A DNA stretch of 63,380 nt, counting the filler, from Collodictyon triciliatum (lineage: Eukaryota), in NCBI GenBank assembly GCA_043381765.1. It is 6 parts of 6 records of this genome, joined end to end, with 100 filler letters (N's around TTAATTAATTAA, not from the genome) between each part and the next. Parts side by side here need not be neighbours in the genome. Positions count along the whole stretch, not along the records: positions 20,834 to 35,425 come from JBHJMP010000350.1; positions 35,526 to 41,059 come from JBHJMP010000351.1; positions 41,160 to 51,665 come from JBHJMP010000353.1; 3 more parts are not named here. One strand, 5' to 3'. Below, one piece after another: positions 29,000 through 41,480 of the stretch. Made by a program: the position numbers and the translations under genes. The notes under the pieces were generated by a model. That model was not told the DNA's origin, did not search any database, and saw only the letters and a list, made by a program, of their open reading frames with translations. How positions within the stretch are numbered: the stretch's first letter is position 1; each line of letters opens with the position of its first letter.

Positions 29000-31900
29000 T
29001 CAAGAATCTTTGCGCTGTACTTTCTTTTGCATGAGTACAATATCGGACTGCATAATGAGGCGGGATGCATCTATGGCTTTGCAAAACATACTCAGTTTTC
29101 CTTCGGTGTCATCCAAAACTGGGCATTTTTCACCCACGAATTCTTGATTCAACTCAAGAGGAGTGGCTTTGATGAGCAAATCCATCTGCCGGTGTCTTTC
29201 CCATCGCTCCATCATCTTTTCGCACACAGACATTCTTTCAATAGCCTTTTCTATCCTACATGAGGTTGTTTCTTTCTTTTAGTATTAATGAATTAGCAAA
29301 TAATACGTGATGGGGTAGTGGTATTATGAATGAAAAAGATACATCCACGATATAATATTCGAAAGATATTACGTCAATCCTTGATTCTGCATGAGAGATA
29401 TTATGTATTGGCGCAGACAACCAACAAAGGAGCAATACACAGCTTGTCGTGATATTTCCTTTCCGTCAAAAACACTCTTTGCGAACGCCTAATTTTATAC
29501 AGAAGCAATAATTAAGAATTTTTTTTTAAAATGGATTACAAGGAATTATGAATGTTGGTTTATCGTGGGATTTCTGTGGTATTTATTCCCATGGGACTCA
29601 CTGGTATGCTTACTTGATTGGCTATTTCTTGCATTCTCTTCATCAAGTAAAGCTCCGTAAAACATCCCCCTGGAATACCTTTCTGTCTCTGCGGATGAAT
29701 GGTACGATGAGCTCTCTTTATGGCACATTAGAAGTTTGAATGGGCAATTTAACGAAAGAATATATACCCGAAACACATTGCAAACACGTGAGACACATTT
29801 TTCAGCTCTTTGTTCCATAGCAACCACCACACTATCAATCGGACTACAAAGAATGATGGAAACCACGGGCAGTGTGCGAAGGCCTGACGAGGAAGGGCGG
29901 AATATAAGGTGATCTTGGATGCTCTGGTATGATTACATATGGTAGGGTTTACATTTGGTGGCATTATCTTCAAAAAATAATTGAGAATCAAATCATCGTA
30001 GTAATAATCAGCATGAAGCTTGGGAAGTCCTGATGGTTTTTCTTTTTAAAATAAAAAAACGACTTACTTTTTCGTAGACTTTCTTTTGTTGCTTTGGTAT
30101 AATCACTTCATCTTCTTTTCTTGACCATCCACCTTCAAAGAGTTGTAAGGTCTATTTAAGACCAGGGTTATTAACTATCTGGCTGTCTGTAAAAGTTTTT
30201 TTTTATTTGGTTTGATGCAATATTGCATATTTGATAAAATTACCATGTTTTCAGCTATGTACTCCATCGTAATATCCTTCAAATAAGACAGAAGCGGAGC
30301 ACCTTATTTTTAATTTTATTTATGATGAGAATATAAGCTGCTCACTATTCAGATTTAGCCATTTATCTCCTTTATAATATGAGCCTGCACGAAAAAAAAA
30401 ATTAAGTTCAAATAATCGCGATGTCCATTTTCTGAATTACCTGAGGCTTCAGATAACAAAAGCACCTCTTTCTGTCCAACTTCATCCACCAAAAGAATAT
30501 TGTGCCCCGATAACAAGTCCGGGAGGATATCGGGGACAGAGCCACTCACAACAATCACATCCACCTTAAGCAATAATACACCAGATAAGTCCTGAATATC
30601 GCTATAAATAATAAAGATATTAATTAATGTTATCTCATGATTGCGATGGTACATTGAAACATCAAGGTCGATTTGTGCAATAAAACGTCATTACAAATTG
30701 CATTACCTTTCATATATTTGCCCGTCCATGAAGACAATACTGTGCCCCGTTTTCTTTCTTTGAATATAAATTCAAATTAATTTTTGATATGAAAGTAAAA
30801 AAAAAATGGACAAACGATGATGCCTTGAACAATACGCTGAATGCAGCAATAGGAAATGTGAAAAAAAAAAAGCAATTAATGCAGGGAAAGTAAGAGGAGG
30901 AAGAGAATTAAATGAATTGTACTTTCAGAATTGTGCTACAATATAAGCTTGTACGCGAAATTTAGGATTTACTTTGGGCTGCTTAAAAACGCTCTCACTC
31001 GAGAGTAAACCAGAGGGCTGGTTTGGTGCATGATGCCTTCTAAAGCTGTAGAGGCTGCCGTTGGATGGCCTCTCATTCCTACAAGCCGGATTCGTCTTTT
31101 TTGGACTTTTGTCGGCTTTGATAGTTTTGAAAATAATGAAGTATATGTACATTAATATTTCATTTGATTGTACAAACATGTGATTTTTCTCATGTATCTT
31201 TTTTTAAAAAACTTAAGCACGATGAATTTGCCTGTTCATTTTAGACTGATATCGAACTGCTGGTTTGCTCACATCTGGAAAATAATTGATGGCACGGGCC
31301 ACTACATCCGACTCCATTCTACACCCGTGTGCGCAGATTTTACATATGGCTTGGATATCTTCGACAGTTCCTGAGGTGCTGCACTTTAGTTCTCATATAT
31401 ATATTAAATTGTAAAATATGTAAGAATAAGATGAGGCGATGAGTATTTGAGGGAGAATATGTTGCACTGAATGAACCTAATTTTTGGCCTTGAGATTTCT
31501 TGAAATATTCGAGATAATCATTGATAGGAATCTCTATATCGCTTATGATCTGATTAATAGAATCCATCAGTTCATCCAAGGCCATCACTATGAAATATCT
31601 AAAGAATTGAATATATTAGCTTTTTCTTCATTAAAATGAAATGGATGATTAGCTGATAAGAAAATTTGTAACAATTAATCGTTTGAAAATACTTATAAAA
31701 CACTATAGTATCGGGCTATTTGTTTCCGATGAATGAAAGTGATTTTAATGAGGAATATGCATCTGTAGATAAAATAAAATCTAGTGTCATTACGTAGTGT
31801 GTCCTTGAGATTCCAAGTCTGATATTAATTGAACCAATAGACCAACCCAAGTGCACAGAGACGCTATCCCTTATATTTCATCGTGGAAGGCAAAGTTATT

Positions 31901-32525
31901 AAAGAAATATATAAGGTGATGATGATGTACTTTGGAATATTGCATTGTATATATACATTCAGATTTAGATATTAGAAGTTACATTAACCCGAATACAAAT
32001 AGAAGGAAAAATATGCAAGAACCCCCCCATTATCTTTAAAAGTAGATATGGAATGTCCAAAGCACGTGAGTGTATGGATTCGAATCACAAAGCACCGTAA
32101 TCCATGAAGCAGAAAATATAGAATATGAATAATTCACAAACATGTCCGATATGTCTTTTGTGTTCGATACACATCGTTCTGATCAAATGCGCTGTTGGGT
32201 GCCGAATGTCCATGAGGTTGATTACCGACAGGGCGTCGCTGGTTATTTGGGAGTCCTCGTCCTTTATGTTTCGATTGAGAAAAAGAAAATGAAACAAAAA
32301 TGATGTTTTGCGAACTTGAAGGTGATCGATAAACACGCCACAACGATATGGGAGAAAGACTACGAGAAAACCTGGGTCTGATTCACGAAGCACTTTGCGC
32401 TCTTTGTCGGACCGAGTAGCGTTTGAGCCGTGATCCACACCGCATCGACAACACGAACCGACGAACCCCGCTCGTGTGAGTCTCTGCGATTGTCTGCATT
32501 TCTCTTCCCCTGCACCTGCTTGGCG
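29000..32525 (-). CDS. BBS12: BBS12-like chaperonin-family protein; start unresolved, apparent frame breaks
   Basis: TLLGPTKSAKCF, DIRHPTAHLI, GH/GIASL, CAHG, IPGGCFTE and VLDDTEGK...KAIDASRLIMQSD resemble BBS12/CCT motifs in order. Confidence 0.7.
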
Positions 32526-32751
32526 CTTAAGAAGTCCTCAACAAAACAAACCAATAAAAAAAAAAGAGAAAAATCAAAACATTAAAAAAAAAATTGTTCG
32601 ATTTACTCAACAACGTGTTTATTCGACAGGAAGGATGAAGATATAAAGAAAACAGGGATGAACAAAGCAAAAAAAATAATAAAATAAAATAAAAAACAAA
32701 AATAAGGAAAAGCGAATATGATAGCAGAATAGGACAAAGAGAAGCGCAGCA

Positions 32752-33901
32752 TTAATTGAGGAGATACTGAATGGACGAGCGAAGCGGGGGACTGCGTGTG
32801 GGCACATTTGCCACCGGACGAGTAGGCGGAGGGGCGGCCAAAGCAGCCGAGAGCAGCGCAAGAGTCGAGTAACGCGGCGGGGCGGAGGTTGATGCTGGGG
32901 CAGACTCTGTGCTTTCCGAGTGCGTACTTGTCTGCGCACTATTCTGCGGAAGAGTCTGCCTGGCCAGAGCCTTCTGCAGATGGATCCAGCGGTAGCGGCA
33001 CTGCTGATCGGTCCGCCCGGGAATCGCCGACGCAACGTCCTTCCACAGCCCTTCGCCGATGAGCGCCACACGCTGCTGCAGCCGCTGATCCTCCTCGTCT
33101 GTCCACGCGCCCTGCAGCGGCCATCACGCGTCATGATACCATATGCGTCGAACCATCACAGAAAGCAAAGCAAAGCAAATCATACCTTGCGGATGTCCGG
33201 ACTCAGCACACGCACCCAGCGCTGACAGCATTGCTCGGCCGTGCGACCCGTGCCAACCGCCTAGAATTGGACCGATGTGGAAAAGAAAAGGAAAAGGAAA
33301 AAGAAAATGGATGGGCAAACATGAATCACCATTCATCACACACATAAGGATGATATCATTTTCGATTTCATGATGATGATGATGATGATGATAATGTCAT
33401 TGGACAGACCTTTGCAATGCGCTTCCACTGCTGGCCGCCCAGCTGAACGACTGCCTGACGCAGACGGTCATCCTCCACTGCCGACCACACACGCGGTTTC
33501 CGCCGTGTCTTTGCGTGGGTTGGAGAAATCGGCGCGGATTCATCGCGGTGATCCATTCGCGGCATCTTTTTGGCAGGCTGTCTGACGTCATCATTGTGAT
33601 CATCACTGTGATCGTCCGTATGTGCCGGGGCCGTGAGTCGAGAGTGATGCGCATCCGTCAGAAGCGACAGGCGCTGCTCAGGCGTTTGGAGAGATGGGTA
33701 GGATGCCGTGTGATGGCGTCGGTGTGGATGCCCGTTTTGTGCGAATGGTGCGTCCATGGATGGATTGGATGGGGCAAATGACATATTGGCTGCTCCGCTT
33801 GGTTGGGTGGGAGAGTTGTCTGGAATCTCGTCTGTGTCCGGGTGGGAGAAAAATCGCGGGCGATTTCGGTTGCTGTCTCTGTGAAGGGGAGAAAATGACA
33901 T
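32752..33901 (-). CDS. R2R3-type Myb transcription factor (3 exons; start uncertain)
   Basis: WSAVEDDRLRQAV...WKRIAK|AVGTGRTAEQCCQRWVRVLSPDIRK|GAWTDEEDQRL...WKDVASAIPGRTDQQCRYRW; ends SSIQYLLN*. Confidence 0.92.
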
Positions 33902-36363
33902 GGGGAAGAAAGAAAAGATGCAGGGGTAATTTTGGGATTTAGATGGCAGGCACGGCGACTATTCTGTGGGGGGTTTGTGCGGATTTGTCTCTGGGAATGC
34001 TGGGGAAGTGGATTGTGTGTGTATTTTGTTTTTGAGTGAGATGTGATGTGGATGGAGAGGATGGTCTGCTGTGGTTTTTTTTCTCTTTCCATAGCACCTT
34101 TGATGGGTTTGGCATGAAAGCTAGTGCGATGATGGAACCAGAAGATGATGATTGAAAAAAAAAACAAAACAAAGAAACAGAGAAACAAAGAAAAGAAGGA
34201 AACAAAGAAACAAAGAAAGACAGATAGAAACAAAGAGAGAGAAAGAAAAGGTAAATGAGTTGATTTTAATATTTTCTGTTTTTTTTTGGAGCTCAGAATA
34301 TCACGAGAACCACAGCCCTTGCGTGCGATTCATCAAGCGGGTTTGTTACGGCTATCTCGAGCGAGAGTTATATTGTCACTTGTCGCTGTGAATCCGAGAT
34401 GGTGTGAGGGGTTTTCTTCCATCAACATATTTGCTTCTCGCTTTTTTGTGATCGAAACATGTTGTGAGGATACAGAGCCGAGCAAAATCGCAGCTGACTT
34501 TCGAGACGAAAACAAAATGAACTTGTCACGCATCTTATTGATTCGCAGCCGTGTGCAATAAAAACGCGTGTTCGTTTGTGTTCATCACACTTCGCTGGTG
34601 TTGGGTGTCTTATTCACCAATTTGTATTGGAAATTTTCTTTTTGGTAGTACTTTGGCGATGTTGCAAGCAAAGCAATCGTTTTGAAAAAATAAGCATGTT
34701 TCTTTCATTTTTCTTGGGAGCCGAGGTTACTAATTTACACGAACGAAGAAAATGTGTTTGTCATTGATGATTTCGTTTTTCGAGTGGGAATTGAATAATC
34801 AAATAATCAATGAACAAAATATACTGCTTTATAAGGTATGGGCCATATATAAATCAACCCCAGCAAGTTAGAATAACGCGTTTTAAAACGCATTTTGAAC
34901 ACAAGTGTCATTGTTTATTGCAACAACCAATTTGACAAACAGAACGAAAATGATGTTGCGAAATTTTCGTCAAAGAGCCTTGTCTTGAATTTTCAGTCAG
35001 GATGGCAATAAATGTAATAGTTGAATGAATCCTATGGGAAATTTGGCTTTCCTGTGGAGGTCGATTCTTTCAATATATTTCTTTCCGAATCATTATTTTC
35101 CAAGATTCGCTCTGCTTGCAATATGAAGTTTGTTGTTGAACGCTCAACGATTCCACTTAAAAGAAAAAGGAAAAACTTGCAACATCCCGTGCCTCAAAGC
35201 TCGCCAATCTTCCTCGTGATTCTGCCTCCAGTCTTCGCAAACTCGTGTCTTTAGAGCCGAAAGTCTCGACAAAGCATTGCCAATTGATTCTCGTTGTCAT
35301 CGAGAGCTGCCACTTATTATTTTCATTCCTTTGCCACCAAATCACAGCGAGAAAAAGACACGTGCCTCCAGTATGGTCTCGAAGCGCCTCTGCTGAAATG
35401 CACAAAGAACAGTTGGGGAAGCAAANNNNNNNNNNNNNNNNNNNNNNNNNNNNNNNNNNNNNNNNNNNNTTAATTAATTAANNNNNNNNNNNNNNNNNNN
35501 NNNNNNNNNNNNNNNNNNNNNNNNNATAAAAAAAGAGAGAATAAAAAAAAGAGAGAATAAAAAAAAAAGAGAATAAAAAAAAGAGAATAAAAAAAGAGAA
35601 TAAAAAAAGAGAATAAAAAAAGAGAGAATAAAAAAAGAGAGAATAAAAAAAGAGAGAATAAAAAAAGAGAGAATAAAAAAAGAGAGAAAAAAAAGAGAGA
35701 ATAAAAAAGAGGATGGTCAAGTCGCTATGTTGCGTAAACCGCGGCTCACCAGGAAGCTTGTTGTTGTCAGTGTGACGGAATCTTCTCCTAATTTGTAGGC
35801 TGCGAGTTATTTTTTCTTCAGATTTTGACCTGTGCACACTTTTCATCGCGCTGGGTGTGCAAATTTTTGGATTTGGGCTGGATGGCGGACTCAGTGGCTC
35901 TTGAAGATGAATGACTCGCTTTATGGCCAGGACATGCCAACAAACGCATTGAGGCATCATCGCCCAGAGACCGCCATTTCCGTTTCTAGCATATCGGAAG
36001 CTTGGTACGCAAGTTGAAATCATAATCGCCTTGCTCTGCATCGAAAACGCCACAGACTCGGGATATTCATTCATGCGGCCAGGAAACGAAAGAAGCTGAG
36101 TGCGTAATCATATCCGCTTGCTTTATGAAAACGAGAATACCATCTAGTGTTATTATCATGATTGGTGTCATTGATTAGATGAGTTTTTGGGCAGAGTATT
36201 CAATGCTGTCGTGGGTTGCAACCAAGATGACGTTTTGTTGAGAGACAAGTATATCAAATGCAAAATTTTTTAGGATAATTTCAATAGGGAAAGAAGAATG
36301 TGATAGGGCTTTATAAATGATTCTTGATGTTCTATTCCTTTGGTTTAGAGCATATTATCTAGA

Positions 36364-38661
36364 CTAGTTTGCCGCATTCACAGGTGCCATTGTTTGCAGG
36401 AAATGCAAAGCGTTTTTTGTCTCCATTTCCTTGCGTGTCTCATCCCATCCAAGTCTACTGGCCATTAAACTACACGACAAAAAAAAAAAAAAAAAAGTCA
36501 TGCAAGCCGCTCATTTTATGATAAACAAATTACTGATACCAGTGCGCATAATGAAATGAGCAAGGATAAAGGCGTGAATCGAAAAGAAGTGCCGTGAACA
36601 AATGAAAGCCCATGGATTTTGCAGAGCTTTTATACTTACTCTACCACTCGCGGAAGCGCTCGAACAGCTTCTTTCTGGTCAAGAAATGCGAGCCGTGTGC
36701 GATGGGCAAGAACATCCACAGGGTTGCATGCGTACTCATGGTCTACAGCATACAAGACTTCAGCCTCGAGATAAGGATACGAGGGCGACAGTCGTTGAGA
36801 AAAGCCTTCTTTGTAGAGGTCAGCAACTAGAACAGCCCGGTCTCCTACAGGTTATACTGTTAGATGAGTTTTATCCCTCTCGGTTCAAATCACAATCCTT
36901 GCTCGGATGTATAAGGGGTTGAAAATGTTTTTGGAGGTAATTCACGACGAGAGAGCACCCACCAAACCACCAAAGTACCAAAAAATCAGAACATCAAAAC
37001 AAGATATAGAATGAACATGGTGCAGAAATTATGTGGGTCATTTCTACCGTAGTATTTTGCAAGGTGTTGCGCGATATTGGTCTCAAGTCCGTCTGTTTGC
37101 CATTTTAATATCATGTTTAAATACTATTCATATGAACAAAACAAAACAAAACAAAACAAAACAAAATAAAACAAATTAAAACAAAATAAAACAAAATAAA
37201 ACAAATTAAAACAAAATAAAACAAAATAAAACAAAACAGAATAATAATGAAATAAAATATAACACAATAAAGCAAAACAGAATAATAATAAAATAATAAT
37301 AATCATTTTGATTTTGTAAGGAATAGTTTTTCGACCACTAAAAAGAAATAAAACCACATTATAAAAAAAATAATCAAAGGAATTAATCTGAACCTAATAA
37401 GTTAGAAGAAAATGCAATTGAATATGAAATCGAAAAAAAGAGAGGGAATCCTTTGTACACTTACATAACTGGGCCAATTTGGTAAACAGAGCCAAATCGT
37501 ACTGATGCGCTCCAATTAGTTTAAGTTGACTGGTAAGGCAGGGATAGACATTTTTAAATTGACCAACCTGAGCAGCAAATTGATTTAGAGTTGCAGGACA
37601 ACTATACTAATATAAATAAAAAATAATGGTATACTAGTAGCAGTACTTAAATAGTGCATCAAAAATATCCCTTTCAAGGAGTTATAACAAGAAGTGTCAT
37701 TGCTCACTTGAATTGCTTTGTCAAGAGTGTCTTCAGCCATTTGCCGGTAAGTCGTCCATTTTCCACCGACGACTGTGACCATTTGGTTCGGGTGCACATA
37801 GACAACATGGTTGCGGCTGACTTGTGCTGTGTTCTTTGAGTTTGGATCCCTCGCCAGAGGACGAATTCCGCTCCAGGCAGACTGAGAAAGAGTCAATCGA
37901 AGATAAGTCAAATGACATGGCTTTGTTACATTTTTTTTTAGGAAAAGAAAATAAAAAGAAAATAAAAAGAAAATAAAAAGAAAATAAAAAGAAAATAAAA
38001 AGAAAATAAAAAGAAAATANNNNNNNNNNNNNNNNNNNNNNNNNNNNNNNNNNNNNNNNNNNNNNNNNNNNNNNNNNNNNNNNNNNNNNNNNNNNNNNNN
38101 NNNNNNNNNNNNNNNNNNNGAAAATAAAAAGAAAATAAAAAGAAAATAAAAAGAAAATAAAAAGAAAATAAAAAGAAAATAAAAAGAAAATAAAAAGAAA
38201 ATAAAAAGAAAATAAAAAGAAAATAAAAAGGAAATAAATAGGAAATAAAAAGGAAACAAAAAGGAAAAAGAAAAAAGAAAAGGGAGATGAAGGAATCGTC
38301 ATGTATAGATTGCAAAATACTCGCACATTTTTTTTTATTCTTCCTTAAAACACTCGCACATTATCTTTGTGACATTTTCTTGGATATCGTTATGTTATAC
38401 AAATCAAAAGTCAATAGGGATTTATGCAAAAAGAAAAAAAAACACTCAGAAGAAAGGAATGAACGACATTTGAAGATTTGAAAAGGTAAAAAAAAATAAT
38501 TCGTCAATATACCAACATTTTAACTATTGCTATGATACCTTCACATCCTCACGCCTTACAGGAATACCAAGATATGCCGATATTTCACCCAATATTGCCT
38601 GTTTATCATATGAGAAACATATTATGGCAAAATAAAGTAAATACATAAATAAATAGTAAGT

Positions 38662-38707
<46 letters not shown>

Positions 38708-40886
38708 CGTTGAATGCACAGTCCCAGACGATAATGCAAAAATAATGTCGGTTCAGTACTTGGATGTCGTTTTCGCGAGGGTAAGGGTAAGGAGTCAGGT
38801 CACACGGGTCATCTGTGGTTCCAGCAAGGGTCATACCTTCCCACTACGATATCCAGGTTATGCTTAGATGATTTGAATCAAGGTGCATAACACATCACAC
38901 GTCCTTTTAAACGGATATGATGTTCTTTTGAGAATGGAGTAATGAATAAACCAGAGCTGTTCCAAGCCATAATATGCAATATAAGGAATAAGCTAATACA
39001 AACAGGGAGCAGAAACATAACGCGGCCGTCTCGTGTTTCAGGTACAATCATTCCGGTTGAGTCAGGCGAATAATAGTTTGGTAGGATAATCTAAAGGAAC
39101 CAAGTCAAATATATAAATAAATTTCTATCATATATTTATATTAATCTGAAACCAAAAATTTATTCAAAAATGATGTTATTTTCTGTTTCTTTGGGAATAC
39201 AATAACTTCTCAGATCAAGATAATTTATTTAAAAACATATTAAAAATATGCATTTACATGAACTCCAGCACTCGTTTGAACAAGAGGTTTTGTTTGTTCT
39301 TCGCCCATTTTGATAACTCCATCTTGCATATATTTACAGGAGGGACTGATAAATAAATAGCATAAAATACTTCAATGTATCCACCGGTTAAATACCAGAG
39401 AAGCATCCAGTAGCGTTCACAACGACCTTGGCATAAATTTCCCAGGTCTCATTGCTGATATTCTGTGCAGTTTATTTTAGATATATGTTTCTATATATAT
39501 AGCAGAGATGACTTTTAAATTCCTGTCGCTTTATTTCCTTAATATTTATTCTTATAAATTTATACAATGACGGGGACATTTCTGCGTGAAGAAAAAAGAG
39601 TAGAAAAAAGAACAGGAAAAAAAGATGAACTATATATCATAAAACATACATCGCGAACACGTGCTCCACATAGTTTTCCGGATTCATCAGCAAGCAGCTC
39701 GGTGACTTCGACATAGTTTGCAATGGCAGCACCCTAACAAGCGTAGATACAAATACGATGACTTTTTTTTTTTAGAATAAAATAAAATTTAACGGTGTGG
39801 TATCATATGTAAAGAAAGTTAAGGAGAAAAAAAAGGCCTCACACGACAACTTCTCAAAAGTGCATGACTAAATAATACTCTGTTCGAAATTATAGGACGA
39901 GATTGAAAGAGTTACATATAATACATGACCAGTATGTTACCATGGAGGCGGCAGTCATGGCTATGCTCACACACAATCGAGCGTCATTCATTTGCCCATC
40001 AAAGTAAACCACAGCACCTTTCAAATTGCTTTTTCCTATCTGCACAACGATTAATGAATGAATTTTGTTTTATCAAATGAATTATGTTGTTCCTATAGTA
40101 ATCGAGGCTTATAGCTTCAATTCAAGGCTCAATACACTTTTCACTAATTTTTGCGTGAGAACTTTCACACACGTTAAATTAATACATGCATGCATTTTTA
40201 AAAAAGACCATCGGGAATCTTTGCAGAGTCTCTTCTCGGGTGAGAAAATGACTACGATAAAGTTTACTCGTTCCTGCAACCAAATCGTACATTTTTGCAC
40301 CAGCCCAGTAATACGGAATCTAATATTTTATACATGAGCGGGCTTGAATGCTATTTCTTTTTACTAACAAATTATCGAGAACTCCAGTGTGATATTAGGT
40401 AGAGGATTGGGTGATATTGTTTTGTTGAGTGTATATGCAAGGTCTTTGAGAGAGCCAAAACCTTCCACCACGAGTACATCGGTGTCATGATGGGTAATGC
40501 GTTTGTCAGATGAGGAGCATTCTTGAGAATCACAGAGCGTTCATGTAGTGCTTCGTAGACCAAGTGCAGCTCATCACGGTCCAAATGGAGCACAGCCTTT
40601 TCCAAGTAACGCACGCCTTGGGCAATACAGATTACAGATTTCATCATGATTGAAATGCAAATCCAAAAGGAGGGAATACTAAAAGAGAATAAAAAGTAAG
40701 GAAGAAGGGAATAAAGGGATCGAATATAAACCTCCGTGCACCAGCTTGGTGCTTCTTGATGAAGTACCAGATGCAAAGTCGTATCTTTCCACAAGGGCAC
40801 AGTTGAGACCTCTTGCCACGGCATCCAAAGCCACTCCAGTGCCTGTTGCACCACCGCCAATGACAAGCACGTCAAAAGCCTTCTTC
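36364..40886 (-). CDS. GPD2: mitochondrial FAD glycerol-3-phosphate dehydrogenase; 5' end truncated at the linker
   Basis: [88 protein letters not shown] introns throughout. Confidence 0.96.
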
Positions 40887-41221
40887 CTAAGAAAATGACA
40901 CGCCACCAGACAAGACATAGAAATGAAGCAGAATGAAACAGAAGAAAGCAGAAGAAAGCAGAATAAAACAGAATAAAACAGAATAAAACAGAATAAAACA
41001 GAATAAAACAGAATAAAACAGAATAAAACAGAATAAAACAGAATAAAACAGAATAAAACNNNNNNNNNNNNNNNNNNNNNNNNNNNNNNNNNNNNNNNNN
41101 NNNTTAATTAATTAANNNNNNNNNNNNNNNNNNNNNNNNNNNNNNNNNNNNNNNNNNNNTTTTTTTGTCCTATCATATTTAGCGAAAATACCACGCGGAG
41201 TCTGATTGTGATTCTTCCTAG

Positions 41222-41401
41222 GGCCTCCTCTTCTGGGCAAACCACTTGCTCAGTGCTGCTTCTCTCCAACTACAGAATATGGACGAGGACCTTGGAGACG
41301 GCTTTCTATTGCTGAAGCTAATCGAAGTAGTTACCGCATTGAAGATTGATGGGTTCCATTCTCGTTCGACCCTGTAAGTGTCCTCCCCACATGTTATCAC
41401 C

Positions 41402-41480
<79 letters not shown>

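Noticed and set aside
35710-36074. Minus-strand ORF MNEYPESVAF...
   Set aside because: No recognisable motif or splice structure, and it runs into a satellite and gap.
36771-36780. GTATCCTT on the minus strand
   Set aside because: It is GPD2 coding sequence (SYPYLEAE).
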